From the sequence record LR588166.1: a DNA stretch of 64,000 nt. The stretch is one strand, 5' to 3'. Below, piece after piece: positions 7,804 to 15,374 of this stretch. The notes beneath the pieces are model-generated. The model was not told the origin of the DNA, did not search any database, and saw only the letters and a list, made by a program, of their open reading frames with translations. Every line of letters begins with the position of its first letter. Positions within the stretch are counted from its first letter, which is position 1. The translations under genes were made by a program, and so were the position numbers.

Positions 7804-8295
7804 ATGAGCACTACCATCCCCGATTCGATTCATCCGAGTGACCTTCCCGAAATCAGCCAGGGGCTGGCTGATGGAACCTTCTTTGTCCGCCATTGGCTCA
7901 ATGGCAAGGAATACGCCTACGTCGATCTCGGCAAAAGCGCCGAGTTCACTGGAGAATGGGGCGAGTATGGGCTGGACGTGGACAGCGCCGTTAGCTATCG
8001 AGACGGAGCTTCGAACACGATCGCTATGGCTGAAGCTGGCAGCCCGATTGCCAAGCAAGCTATGGAGATCGGAGAAGGCGTATTCATTCCTTCTGTTCTG
8101 GAACTGGCTCTTCTGTTCTCAGCAAATCAAGCAGGCGAGCTGTCTGGTTTCGCAGATCGCTGGTACTGGTCGAGTTCGCAGTACTCCGCCTGCGGCGCCT
8201 TCCGCATGCATTTCGGTGATGGCGAGGCTAGTGTCGCCATCAAGAGCAGCGCCTGGTTGGTCCGCCCCGTCCGCAAGATTCTCATTCTTCAGTAA
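7804..8295 (+). CDS. DUF1566 (Lcl C-terminal, C-type-lectin-fold) protein
   Basis: IPSVLEL...WYWSSSQYSA..AF.M.F.DG......K.....VRPVR signature. Confidence 0.8.
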   Translation: MSTTIPDSIHPSDLPEISQGLADGTFFVRHWLNGKEYAYVDLGKSAEFTGEWGEYGLDVDSAVSYRDGASNTIAMAEAGSPIAKQAMEIGEGVFIPSVLELALLFSANQAGELSGFADRWYWSSSQYSACGAFRMHFGDGEASVAIKSSAWLVRPVRKILILQ

Positions 8296-8372
8296 TCTAG
8301 CCCCGGAGATAACACGATGAACCTGCACCTCTCCAAGCATTGTTTGCGCCAGTGCGCTACTAAGGAACAGTC

Positions 8373-8621
8373 ATGAGTATTGCAAGCTACCTCTTGTTGT
8401 CCACTATTGTCTTCAACAACAACACCTACGCTCGTTCGACGACAGTGGACACCATTGTGGTTCGTGACCTCAGCAAGGAAGACTGCGAGGCGCTCAAGCG
8501 TGAGCGCGAAGCAGTTGTGAAGAACATCCGGGCAAGGAACTTCGGTAGCTCTGGTGATACGAGCGGTATCGCCGTGGGCTTTTCCAAACACAGTTGCACA
8601 AAGATGGAGGGTACGAAATGA
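8373..8621 (+). CDS. hypothetical protein (82 aa)
   Basis: AAGGA RBS; hydrophobic N-terminus. Confidence 0.6.
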   Translation: MSIASYLLLSTIVFNNNTYARSTTVDTIVVRDLSKEDCEALKREREAVVKNIRARNFGSSGDTSGIAVGFSKHSCTKMEGTK

Positions 8622-8694
8622 CTCAACTGGCACCGGCGAGCAAACATTACTCGGAAGGTGCTAGCTGAACGACTGGCGGAACAATAAATAAAAG

Positions 8695-8723
8695 TTGACG
8701 TGTCCGGGCGAAGGGCGCATAAT
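8695..8723 (+). promoter_or_regulatory. sigma70 promoter, second copy
   Basis: GTTGACG-17-CATAAT-AATTACAAC. Confidence 0.75.
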
Positions 8724-8762
8724 AATTACAACGCAACACAGCAAGCCCCGGAGGGCGCAACC

Positions 8763-8963
8763 ATGAGCCAGATCGTAGATGTCAAGCAAATTGCAATTGA
8801 TGCAAACCGTCGCCCTGCCTACAATGCGGTCATGGTGCGCTGGTTGATGCAGGAAGCTGAAATGCACCGTAGCTGTGGGCGCACCGCTACCCTGTTCTGC
8901 ATCGTTCGCAACCGCCCCGACGGCACACAGCGCCAGCTCGTGCAGCTTGTGGCTAGCGAGTAA
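8763..8963 (+). CDS. hypothetical protein (66 aa)
   Basis: GGAGGG RBS before ATG 8763; in frame with the 8700 ORF. Confidence 0.7.
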   Translation: MSQIVDVKQIAIDANRRPAYNAVMVRWLMQEAEMHRSCGRTATLFCIVRNRPDGTQRQLVQLVASE

Positions 8964-8993
8964 CCTCAATCACCCTATGCCCGGGAGGCCGTC

Positions 8994-9158
8994 ATGAATG
9001 CTGCACTGGCCAGACTTCAGAACGAACGTTGCATGTTACTTCGCCGGATGCTTTGCAGCAAATGGCACGGATTCTGTTTTGCAGGTCACCCCTGGGCAGA
9101 ACAAACCCGCAATCTGCACAACGAATCCAAGTGCATCCGAGAACATTACAGTAAGTAA
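8994..9158 (+). CDS. 54-aa hypothetical protein (not in ORF track)
   Basis: GGGAGG RBS; MNAALARLQNERCMLLRRMLCSKWHGFCFAGHPWAEQTRNLHNESKCIREHYSK. Confidence 0.65.
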   Translation: MNAALARLQNERCMLLRRMLCSKWHGFCFAGHPWAEQTRNLHNESKCIREHYSK

Positions 9159-9192
9159 TCCAAACCCACTGGATCTTACTGAGGATAAGATA

Positions 9193-9297
9193 ATGACCTA
9201 CGCAGAACTAATAAAGAAACTACATAACATAGAAGCTGGTCATTATCTTTCCAATAATGAAGTTAAGTTTCAAAACACAGGCAAGCAGGAGAACTAA
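9193..9297 (+). CDS. 34-aa hypothetical peptide
   Basis: GAGGA RBS before ATG; 3' end of the 8998 ORF. Confidence 0.45.
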   Translation: MTYAELIKKLHNIEAGHYLSNNEVKFQNTGKQEN

Positions 9298-9298
9298 A

Positions 9299-9595
9299 AT
9301 GAATTGCGAACATTTTTTCCTCAGTGCAGTAAAAGAACTTCTGTCCCTGTACCACATTAAGAGTACTATTCAACCGTCTTCTGATAACCTCGAAGAATTG
9401 GTAGTAGTTATTACCGATACTGCTTTTGGTACTATCAGATATGTTGGCAATAACACTGGATCAGTTATGTGTTATACTATGGGCGGTAATTACCCGTTCT
9501 ATGACACTGAGTGTTATTCCAACCGAACTATGATAGATTGTGTTATGTTGATATCAGTTTGGTATTCAATGTTCCCGACATTCGATAATAAGTAA
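9299..9595 (+). CDS. hypothetical protein
   Basis: AGCAGGAG RBS before ATG 9299. Confidence 0.75.
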   Translation: MNCEHFFLSAVKELLSLYHIKSTIQPSSDNLEELVVVITDTAFGTIRYVGNNTGSVMCYTMGGNYPFYDTECYSNRTMIDCVMLISVWYSMFPTFDNK

Positions 9596-9851
9596 TATAA
9601 TGGTTGCCCTATATAGTGTATGATGTTAGTTGTATACTATATAGAATAATTCTATTAACTGGGAGGGATTAATAAAAATATTTTCTTGACAATAGCAGGT
9701 ATAGGATAATTCTATTATACTGAAAATTGTTATAGAAAAATATAGTTGACAAATTTTGAAAGTGATGAATTCCAACGCCGGGTGGCTGTAAGCTGAGACG
9801 GTTGACATTCGGTGAGTGGTGGATTGTTACGCGGGTAGATTTTGAAATTCA

Positions 9852-10052
9852 CCGTCTATAGGTTCACTTACAAGTCACTTTCATTTATAAGTCATTTCCG
9901 TCTATAGGTTCACTTACAAGTCACTTTCATTTATAAGTCATTTCCGTCTATAGGTTCACTTACAAGTCACTTTCATTTATAAGTCATTTCCGTCTATAGG
10001 TTCACTTACAAGTCACTTTCATTTATAAGTCATTTCCGTCTATAGGTTCACT
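9852..10052. repeat. perfect 46-bp tandem repeat, 4 copies plus 17 bp
   Basis: CCGTCTATAGGTTCACTTACAAGTCACTTTCATTTATAAGTCATTT at 9852, 9898, 9944, 9990; partial at 10036. Confidence 0.95.
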
Positions 10053-10175
10053 CATAACACATATAAGTTACTTCTACTCGCTTATAAGTATCTTTTGCTT
10101 ATATGTTCATTTATAGGTTATGATAAATCACCTTCAGTACTGTTACTACACACATTCAAACCTATAAGTCATTTC

Positions 10176-10205
10176 ACTGTACTGTACTGTACTGTACTGT
10201 ACCGT
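10176..10205. repeat. (ACTGT)5 microsatellite
   Basis: Five exact pentamers plus ACCGT. Confidence 0.9.
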
Positions 10206-10552
10206 ATCATATATACTTCATACAATTCTCTTCTTTATCATGCTGCTAGTAAACAATCTATGTTATTATGCGTAGAAATGTTGTATAGTGTATTATAGTA
10301 AGTATAGTATGATTGCTATACAATATTCCTAATCTCATATTGTTGTTTAACTTTCCAAATCTGTCTCGGCTGTTCTACTTTATGTCTCATAGTTACGTAT
10401 TTTCTTTATCTAGGCGTATACGTAATAAACAAAGTAACTTTATAAAAAATTACTATAACTCATTAAAATGGGTATACAGCGAAAGAGACATTAATAGATA
10501 TATTACACGATACTCATTATGTAGAGCACTATATAGAGGCCATTAAATAAAA

Positions 10553-10762
10553 ATGTGTAGTATAATAAAAACATCTGTGTATTATAATAATATTAATATA
10601 TCTTCATATGTTACAATCATTAAACTAGCTACAACATATAGGTTAAAAGAATTTTCATACATTGGAAATTTAAATATATCTTTAATACGCAATAAAACCT
10701 ATGTTACACTGAGTGTAAGTAAATATGGTATAAAAATTAATGTTAATATTAGAAATATCTAG
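10553..10762 (+). CDS. micro-ORF, hypothetical
   Basis: AT-rich ORF, no clear SD. Confidence 0.4.
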   Translation: MCSIIKTSVYYNNINISSYVTIIKLATTYRLKEFSYIGNLNISLIRNKTYVTLSVSKYGIKINVNIRNI

Positions 10763-10899
10763 GAGAGTAAGGGTTATACGATATGATACATTCCTTAATG
10801 CTAAATATACACTTTTTAATAGTATACCGAATTTAAGCATGTATAAAATAGGCATTGATGCTGATGATAACGTTATATCTATAATAGTTTACCAAACAT

Positions 10900-11115
10900 A
10901 TGAATAAAATATTTTTAATTTCTAATAATATTACTTTAACGAAGTATAACATACTTTACTATTATTATTCTGCTATTGCAGTTAATACACATAAATTTTG
11001 GAAGGATAGAAGCTACGATATTGAAATAACATTTACAAGGGGCAATGCAATTATTCTGGAGTTGTTATTTCTAAATTGTAGAATAAAGGTTAGGAAACAA
11101 TATGACTACGAATAA
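10900..11115 (+). CDS. micro-ORF, first of coupled chain 1
   Basis: Overlaps the next ORF by 14 nt. Confidence 0.45.
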   Translation: MNKIFLISNNITLTKYNILYYYYSAIAVNTHKFWKDRSYDIEITFTRGNAIILELLFLNCRIKVRKQYDYE

Positions 11116-11296
11116 GATTATACACTACTCGCGTATTGTAGGGATGAACAGAATACGAAAATACATTGTTGTATTTTATAGATGTGAGTTTAAAAGTTTA
11201 TATATACAGCTTAATAACGAGCTTGGCTATTATGGAAGTTTAAGTTTAATGTATAGAGACTTTGATTCAGATATACTTTTTCGTATAATTCGATAA
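11102..11296 (+). CDS. micro-ORF, chain 1
   Basis: Tight start/stop coupling on both sides. Confidence 0.5.
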   Translation: MTTNKIIHYSRIVGMNRIRKYIVVFYRCEFKSLYIQLNNELGYYGSLSLMYRDFDSDILFRIIR

Positions 11297-11298
11297 TT

Positions 11299-11484
11299 AT
11301 GAATATATTTAAAATTAGTGTTTTATCATATGAAACAATGCAATTAGATACATTGCTTCGATATATTACAATACCCCAACATGTACCTATAAAGACTGTT
11401 TCTATAGTATATTTAAATGATTCAAAATTTGAAGTATACATTATCTTTGATAATATGAATTATATAATACTCACACATGAATAG
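11299..11484 (+). CDS. micro-ORF, chain 1
   Basis: 2-nt gap upstream, 8-nt overlap downstream. Confidence 0.5.
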   Translation: MNIFKISVLSYETMQLDTLLRYITIPQHVPIKTVSIVYLNDSKFEVYIIFDNMNYIILTHE

Positions 11485-11704
11485 TATTTTATTAAGATCT
11501 AGAATTCTATCATACGAAAATATAAATTCTTTTTTTAATATACTCTCGGCTATCAGTAGTAAGCGTAATCATACCTGGTCTGCTGTACGCAGCGTATCGT
11601 GCGAGTGTTTCAGAGACAATAATTACACACGGGTAAATTTCTCTGTTGAAACCTTTGCAGATAATACATTTATTTTAGCCAAATATAGAAGTAACAAAGC
11701 ATAA
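11477..11704 (+). CDS. micro-ORF, chain 1
   Basis: 8-nt overlap with the upstream ORF. Confidence 0.5.
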   Translation: MNSILLRSRILSYENINSFFNILSAISSKRNHTWSAVRSVSCECFRDNNYTRVNFSVETFADNTFILAKYRSNKA

Positions 11705-11829
11705 CTCTATCTAAACATATATTAATATGCACTAGGGTGAAGGGTGAATAGTATAAGATCGAAACTTGTATATAAGAAAGTGGATCATACATGATAACAC
11801 GAATAAAACATGTAGGAATGAGTTATATG

Positions 11830-11958
11830 AGTGAAGTGGATGTGTGATTGTGTTGTGGCGAAATGAAGTGGATGAAGTGATGGGGTGAAGTGAAGTGAAG
11901 TGATTGTATGGAGTGGGTAAAGTGAAGTGAAGTGATTGTATGGAGTGGGTAAAGTGGA
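11830..11958. repeat. G-rich (GAAGT)n tract with a 32-bp tandem duplication
   Basis: AAGTGAAGTGAAGTGATTGTATGGAGTGGGTA at 11888..11919 and 11920..11951; almost no C on the + strand. Confidence 0.85.
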
Positions 11959-12093
11959 TTATCTACTAGCACAATTGATTTAAAAAAATGCGTGCTAGCT
12001 CCACCATTCTAAAAAAATAAAATCTTGCTATGCGAATGTATGCAGTTTTGCTATAATATTATTATATTTAATCTAATATAACGGAATTTTAAA

Positions 12094-12468
12094 ATGATAT
12101 TTGTTTTTGGTAGTAATGAAGCGGGTCGACATGGCGCCGGCGCAGCAAAATTTGCACTACAGCGTAAAGGTGCAATCTACGGTATCGGTGTAGGTCATCA
12201 TGGACAAAGTTATGCAATTCCTACTAAAGATCATAACATAATTACACTACCGTATGCTGATATAGAAAAATATGTTAAACAGTTTTTAGAATATGCGAAA
12301 AATAATCCACAATTGCAATTTCAGGTAACCCGAATTGGTTGTGGTCTAGCAGGTTTCACTGATAACGAAATAGCTCCTCTGTTTGTTACTGCATCGGATA
12401 ATTGCTATTTCGATAGTGCCTGGTCGCCTTATCTTCCTGACAATTTTAAATTTTGGGGAAGTATATGA
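12094..12468 (+). CDS. macrodomain-like phage protein (A1S_2505-like family)
   Basis: IFVFGSN..G.HG.GAA, SYAIPTK and VTRIGCGLAG motifs. Confidence 0.75.
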   Translation: MIFVFGSNEAGRHGAGAAKFALQRKGAIYGIGVGHHGQSYAIPTKDHNIITLPYADIEKYVKQFLEYAKNNPQLQFQVTRIGCGLAGFTDNEIAPLFVTASDNCYFDSAWSPYLPDNFKFWGSI

Positions 12469-12668
12469 ATATAATAGAGAAAATACAAGACTATAATAGT
12501 GTTTTTGATAGAATAACAGTCTCACATTTATTGCAATTAATAACAGGAAGTGAAAATGATTTTATCAATATAAAGATAGTAACATATAAAACTAGTGTAA
12601 CTAGTAAACCTAGTGCAACATTAGAATATAGAACATGCAGTTTTCCTATAAAAATAGGATTAGTATAG
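12465..12668 (+). CDS. micro-ORF, chain 2
   Basis: ATGA overlap with the macrodomain gene stop. Confidence 0.55.
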   Translation: MNIIEKIQDYNSVFDRITVSHLLQLITGSENDFINIKIVTYKTSVTSKPSATLEYRTCSFPIKIGLV

Positions 12669-12883
12669 TGAATAAACAAGCAGAATATATTCACGCATAC
12701 ATTAAGGTATTAAGCGTCTGTTCTATTAATAAAATTATTAATAAGCGTGTGAAACATTTTAGTATATACATAACAGAAGTTATTCATGATTTTGATGGAA
12801 AATATTTAATTGTGAGAGCTAAATTTTATATTGTAGGTATTTACGGTTGTTATAGCAAGCCGGTTATATACAGATGCATATAG
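12668..12883 (+). CDS. micro-ORF, chain 2
   Basis: GTG overlaps the upstream TAG by 1 nt; in frame with the 12635 ORF. Confidence 0.5.
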   Translation: MNKQAEYIHAYIKVLSVCSINKIINKRVKHFSIYITEVIHDFDGKYLIVRAKFYIVGIYGCYSKPVIYRCI

Positions 12884-13068
12884 ATATATTAGATTATTCA
12901 GCACGTTTCGGCAGAAGGTCTAATGCCGTATCTATGTTAATTTACCTTGCGTTTTTAACGGTTAATAGTAAACATATAAAAATAAAAATAGATAAATCGT
13001 CTAGGGTTTTCTTTTCTATAATAGAAAACAACAATTTAAGATATAGTATAGGTATAGTATGTCAGTAA
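12874..13068 (+). CDS. micro-ORF, chain 2
   Basis: 10-nt overlaps on both sides. Confidence 0.5.
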   Translation: MHIDILDYSARFGRRSNAVSMLIYLAFLTVNSKHIKIKIDKSSRVFFSIIENNNLRYSIGIVCQ

Positions 13069-13316
13069 AGGATATACTAATTTTATCTAATTTCTTTAAT
13101 AAAGAAAAGTCGATTGCATCTATTTGTCCCATGCTAACAGTAAATTCAAATCTTGCTCCTTTAGAAATGCCGTTCGAAAACATAAAACTTCTAACTGTAA
13201 ATATACATTTTTCCAAAGCTACATCAAACCACATAAAATATGAGTTTACTTTTGTAACAGACAACACCGTACTTAACTACTTAAATGGATATGCAGTGTA
13301 TATAAGACATGATTAA
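13059..13316 (+). CDS. micro-ORF, chain 2
   Basis: Overlap coupling. Confidence 0.55.
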   Translation: MSVKDILILSNFFNKEKSIASICPMLTVNSNLAPLEMPFENIKLLTVNIHFSKATSNHIKYEFTFVTDNTVLNYLNGYAVYIRHD

Positions 13317-13530
13317 ATTTTTCGACAGTGTTACCAATATCCTATTTTTATCCCATTATATTATTGTAAATGATAAACTTATATCTGCATTTGTAAAATT
13401 TTACAATACGGATAAAAATAAAGATGTTAAACCGCATTTTATTATAGTTACAGACTATTATAATAGAATATCGAAAAATATATTTTTCGTAGTAGACGAT
13501 GCGTATTATGTAACTAGGTATAACGAATGA
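13309..13530 (+). CDS. micro-ORF, chain 2
   Basis: 8-nt overlap upstream, ATGA overlap downstream. Confidence 0.55.
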   Translation: MIKFFDSVTNILFLSHYIIVNDKLISAFVKFYNTDKNKDVKPHFIIVTDYYNRISKNIFFVVDDAYYVTRYNE

Positions 13531-13766
13531 ATTATCATACCAAACTTTTTACATCAGTTAATACATTTTCTATATCACATGCCATGCACTGCAATATATG
13601 TAATGCACATTTAGCTAACATAACGTTTTTATTTTATATTAAAGATGCATATTGTGTAGATTTGCATCACGTTAAGTTAACAACAAAAAAATTGTTTAAT
13701 AAAGATGAAATTTATATGTTTACTAATATAAATTCTTTAAAAATATGTGAAATACGTTGTGTATAA
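13527..13766 (+). CDS. micro-ORF, chain 2, with H-C-xx-C-xx-H motif
   Basis: ATGA overlap; HAMHCNICNAH. Confidence 0.55.
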   Translation: MNYHTKLFTSVNTFSISHAMHCNICNAHLANITFLFYIKDAYCVDLHHVKLTTKKLFNKDEIYMFTNINSLKICEIRCV

Positions 13767-13905
13767 CTTTTTATATTATAATAAAAAGATTATAGTTTTA
13801 TAGCATGATTGAGAATCATCTAAATTTATGTTTATTGTATATACGAATGCCTAATAATCTTACTTATTAACGTACTATTCGACATTATAGGATTTTATAA
13901 TTGAT

Positions 13906-14091
13906 ATGTATATAATAGACCTGCAATATTTTTATTCCTACAAATCTATAATAAAATCTATAATATATATTAACGCACATTCCATTAATGTACGTTTTTC
14001 ATTAATAAAATACCACTACGCATGGCTAGTATATACTAGTCACGGTCATACATTATTCAACAAATTAATAACAGATAATATTGCTAAGTAA
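13906..14091 (+). CDS. micro-ORF, hypothetical
   Basis: Composition like the chain ORFs. Confidence 0.4.
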   Translation: MYIIDLQYFYSYKSIIKSIIYINAHSINVRFSLIKYHYAWLVYTSHGHTLFNKLITDNIAK

Positions 14092-14192
14092 TCGTTTCAT
14101 ATTTGCTTATAAACACAATGTTTACATAATTGTATTACATAGTGTATTATTAAGTATTGTTGCAAGGATCGCAACAACGGAGATAACAAGGA

Positions 14193-14369
14193 ATGTTAAC
14201 AATTTCATCAGTAGAATTGGCATATGTAAATACTACATGCCTTTTTAGGGCATCTATGTTGCTAAGGGAAATGCCAGGTAGTAATATAAGAGTTTATCTA
14301 GGTAAAAAAGTACAAACGATGGTAATGTTGTCACGTACATTACCTGTTAAAATTGGATATATTCCGTAG
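14193..14369 (+). CDS. 58-aa hypothetical protein (not in ORF track)
   Basis: GGAG/AAGGA upstream; MLTISSVELAYVNTTCLFRASMLLREMPGSNIRVYLGKKVQTMVMLSRTLPVKIGYIP. Confidence 0.5.
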   Translation: MLTISSVELAYVNTTCLFRASMLLREMPGSNIRVYLGKKVQTMVMLSRTLPVKIGYIP

Positions 14370-14381
14370 AAGGGTTAAGAA

Positions 14382-15359
14382 ATGACTATAGTATATGCAC
14401 ATGAAATAAAAAATGATGTTTTTGTAGTTAGAACTAGTGCATATCTGTTTAACAATAATACAGTAATCCCTAGGCAAAATAACGGAAAACCTATTATTTC
14501 TGTCGATTTTGCTATACATGACGGAATAAAAGAATATGCAGTAAAAAGTAATGGTTTGATAGAATTTTATGCATCTAAAGACGACATAGAAACTAAACAG
14601 TACACAATAATAACATATATTCATTATGTTTCTCATTATATTCATTCTGTAGATAATACCATATTGTCTGTTCAAGATTATGACACATTTAAACTATGTA
14701 ATGAAATAGATAAAGGATATTTAAATCTTTATTCCGAGTGCTATGCTAAGACAAAATACAAAGAAGATACAATCCAAATTGTCATACAAAATAAGCTCGA
14801 AAGTATTGAAGATGAAATGCTAAGAAAGCATGCAATGCCTGTATTTTTGCCAGATCCGCACAACGTAAGTTCTGGAAAATCAGTGTATTCTATAAATTTA
14901 GAAAATGTAATTATAGATTACATTGAAACTAATGTTAATTCTGTAGTTAAAAATAAACTTGAACAAAAAATAAAAAATCCTTCTGAACCGTATTTTTATA
15001 AATCGAAAATTCTTAGAAATCAATATTATATAGAAAAAACAAACAATTCTATTGCACTAAGTATAGGGCAATCACTACACAATACACTCTATACTAGAGA
15101 TACATTTGTTGGGTCTATAGAAAGTATTAACATATCGTTAAAACATGCTATGAAACAACTAAAACTGATGTGCGATCTTTATATATCGTTAAATGATACA
15201 TCAAATACCGATATGACCTTTTTAGTTAGCCATCTTGACTCACTAGCTAGAATAGTACGACAGATAGATTTTAAAATAAAAGATAAAGACAAAAGAACCT
15301 TATTAACTGATTCGATTGATAAAATAAAAGAAAGTATAATAAAAAGAAAAGAAGATTAA
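14382..15359 (+). CDS. hypothetical protein (325 aa)
   Basis: Long ORF ending in a bidirectional terminator. Confidence 0.8.
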   Translation: MTIVYAHEIKNDVFVVRTSAYLFNNNTVIPRQNNGKPIISVDFAIHDGIKEYAVKSNGLIEFYASKDDIETKQYTIITYIHYVSHYIHSVDNTILSVQDYDTFKLCNEIDKGYLNLYSECYAKTKYKEDTIQIVIQNKLESIEDEMLRKHAMPVFLPDPHNVSSGKSVYSINLENVIIDYIETNVNSVVKNKLEQKIKNPSEPYFYKSKILRNQYYIEKTNNSIALSIGQSLHNTLYTRDTFVGSIESINISLKHAMKQLKLMCDLYISLNDTSNTDMTFLVSHLDSLARIVRQIDFKIKDKDKRTLLTDSIDKIKESIIKRKED

Positions 15360-15374
15360 ATCTTCTTTTCTTTT
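15342..15374. terminator. bidirectional terminator overlapping both convergent stops
   Basis: AAAAGAAAAGAAGA-ttaaa-TCTTCTTTTCTTTT. Confidence 0.7.

Noticed and set aside
4285-8969. Minus-strand ORFs in the GC-rich islands (4285-4743, 6950-7270, 7543-8058, 8289-8633, 8661-8969)
   Set aside because: Shadows of GC-rich + strand genes that have clear RBSs and promoters.
7804-9200. Complete diversity-generating retroelement
   Set aside because: No reverse transcriptase, Avd or template repeat is visible; the AACAACAAC in gene 8373 has no similarity to the DUF1566 3' end.
9852-10052. CRISPR or mini-CRISPR array
   Set aside because: Units are identical head-to-tail with no unique spacers; no cas genes in the window.
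10313-14091. Stop-codon reassignment explaining the short ORFs
   Set aside because: Neighbouring ORFs overlap in different frames, and all long genes are intact in the standard code, ending in TAA, TAG or TGA.
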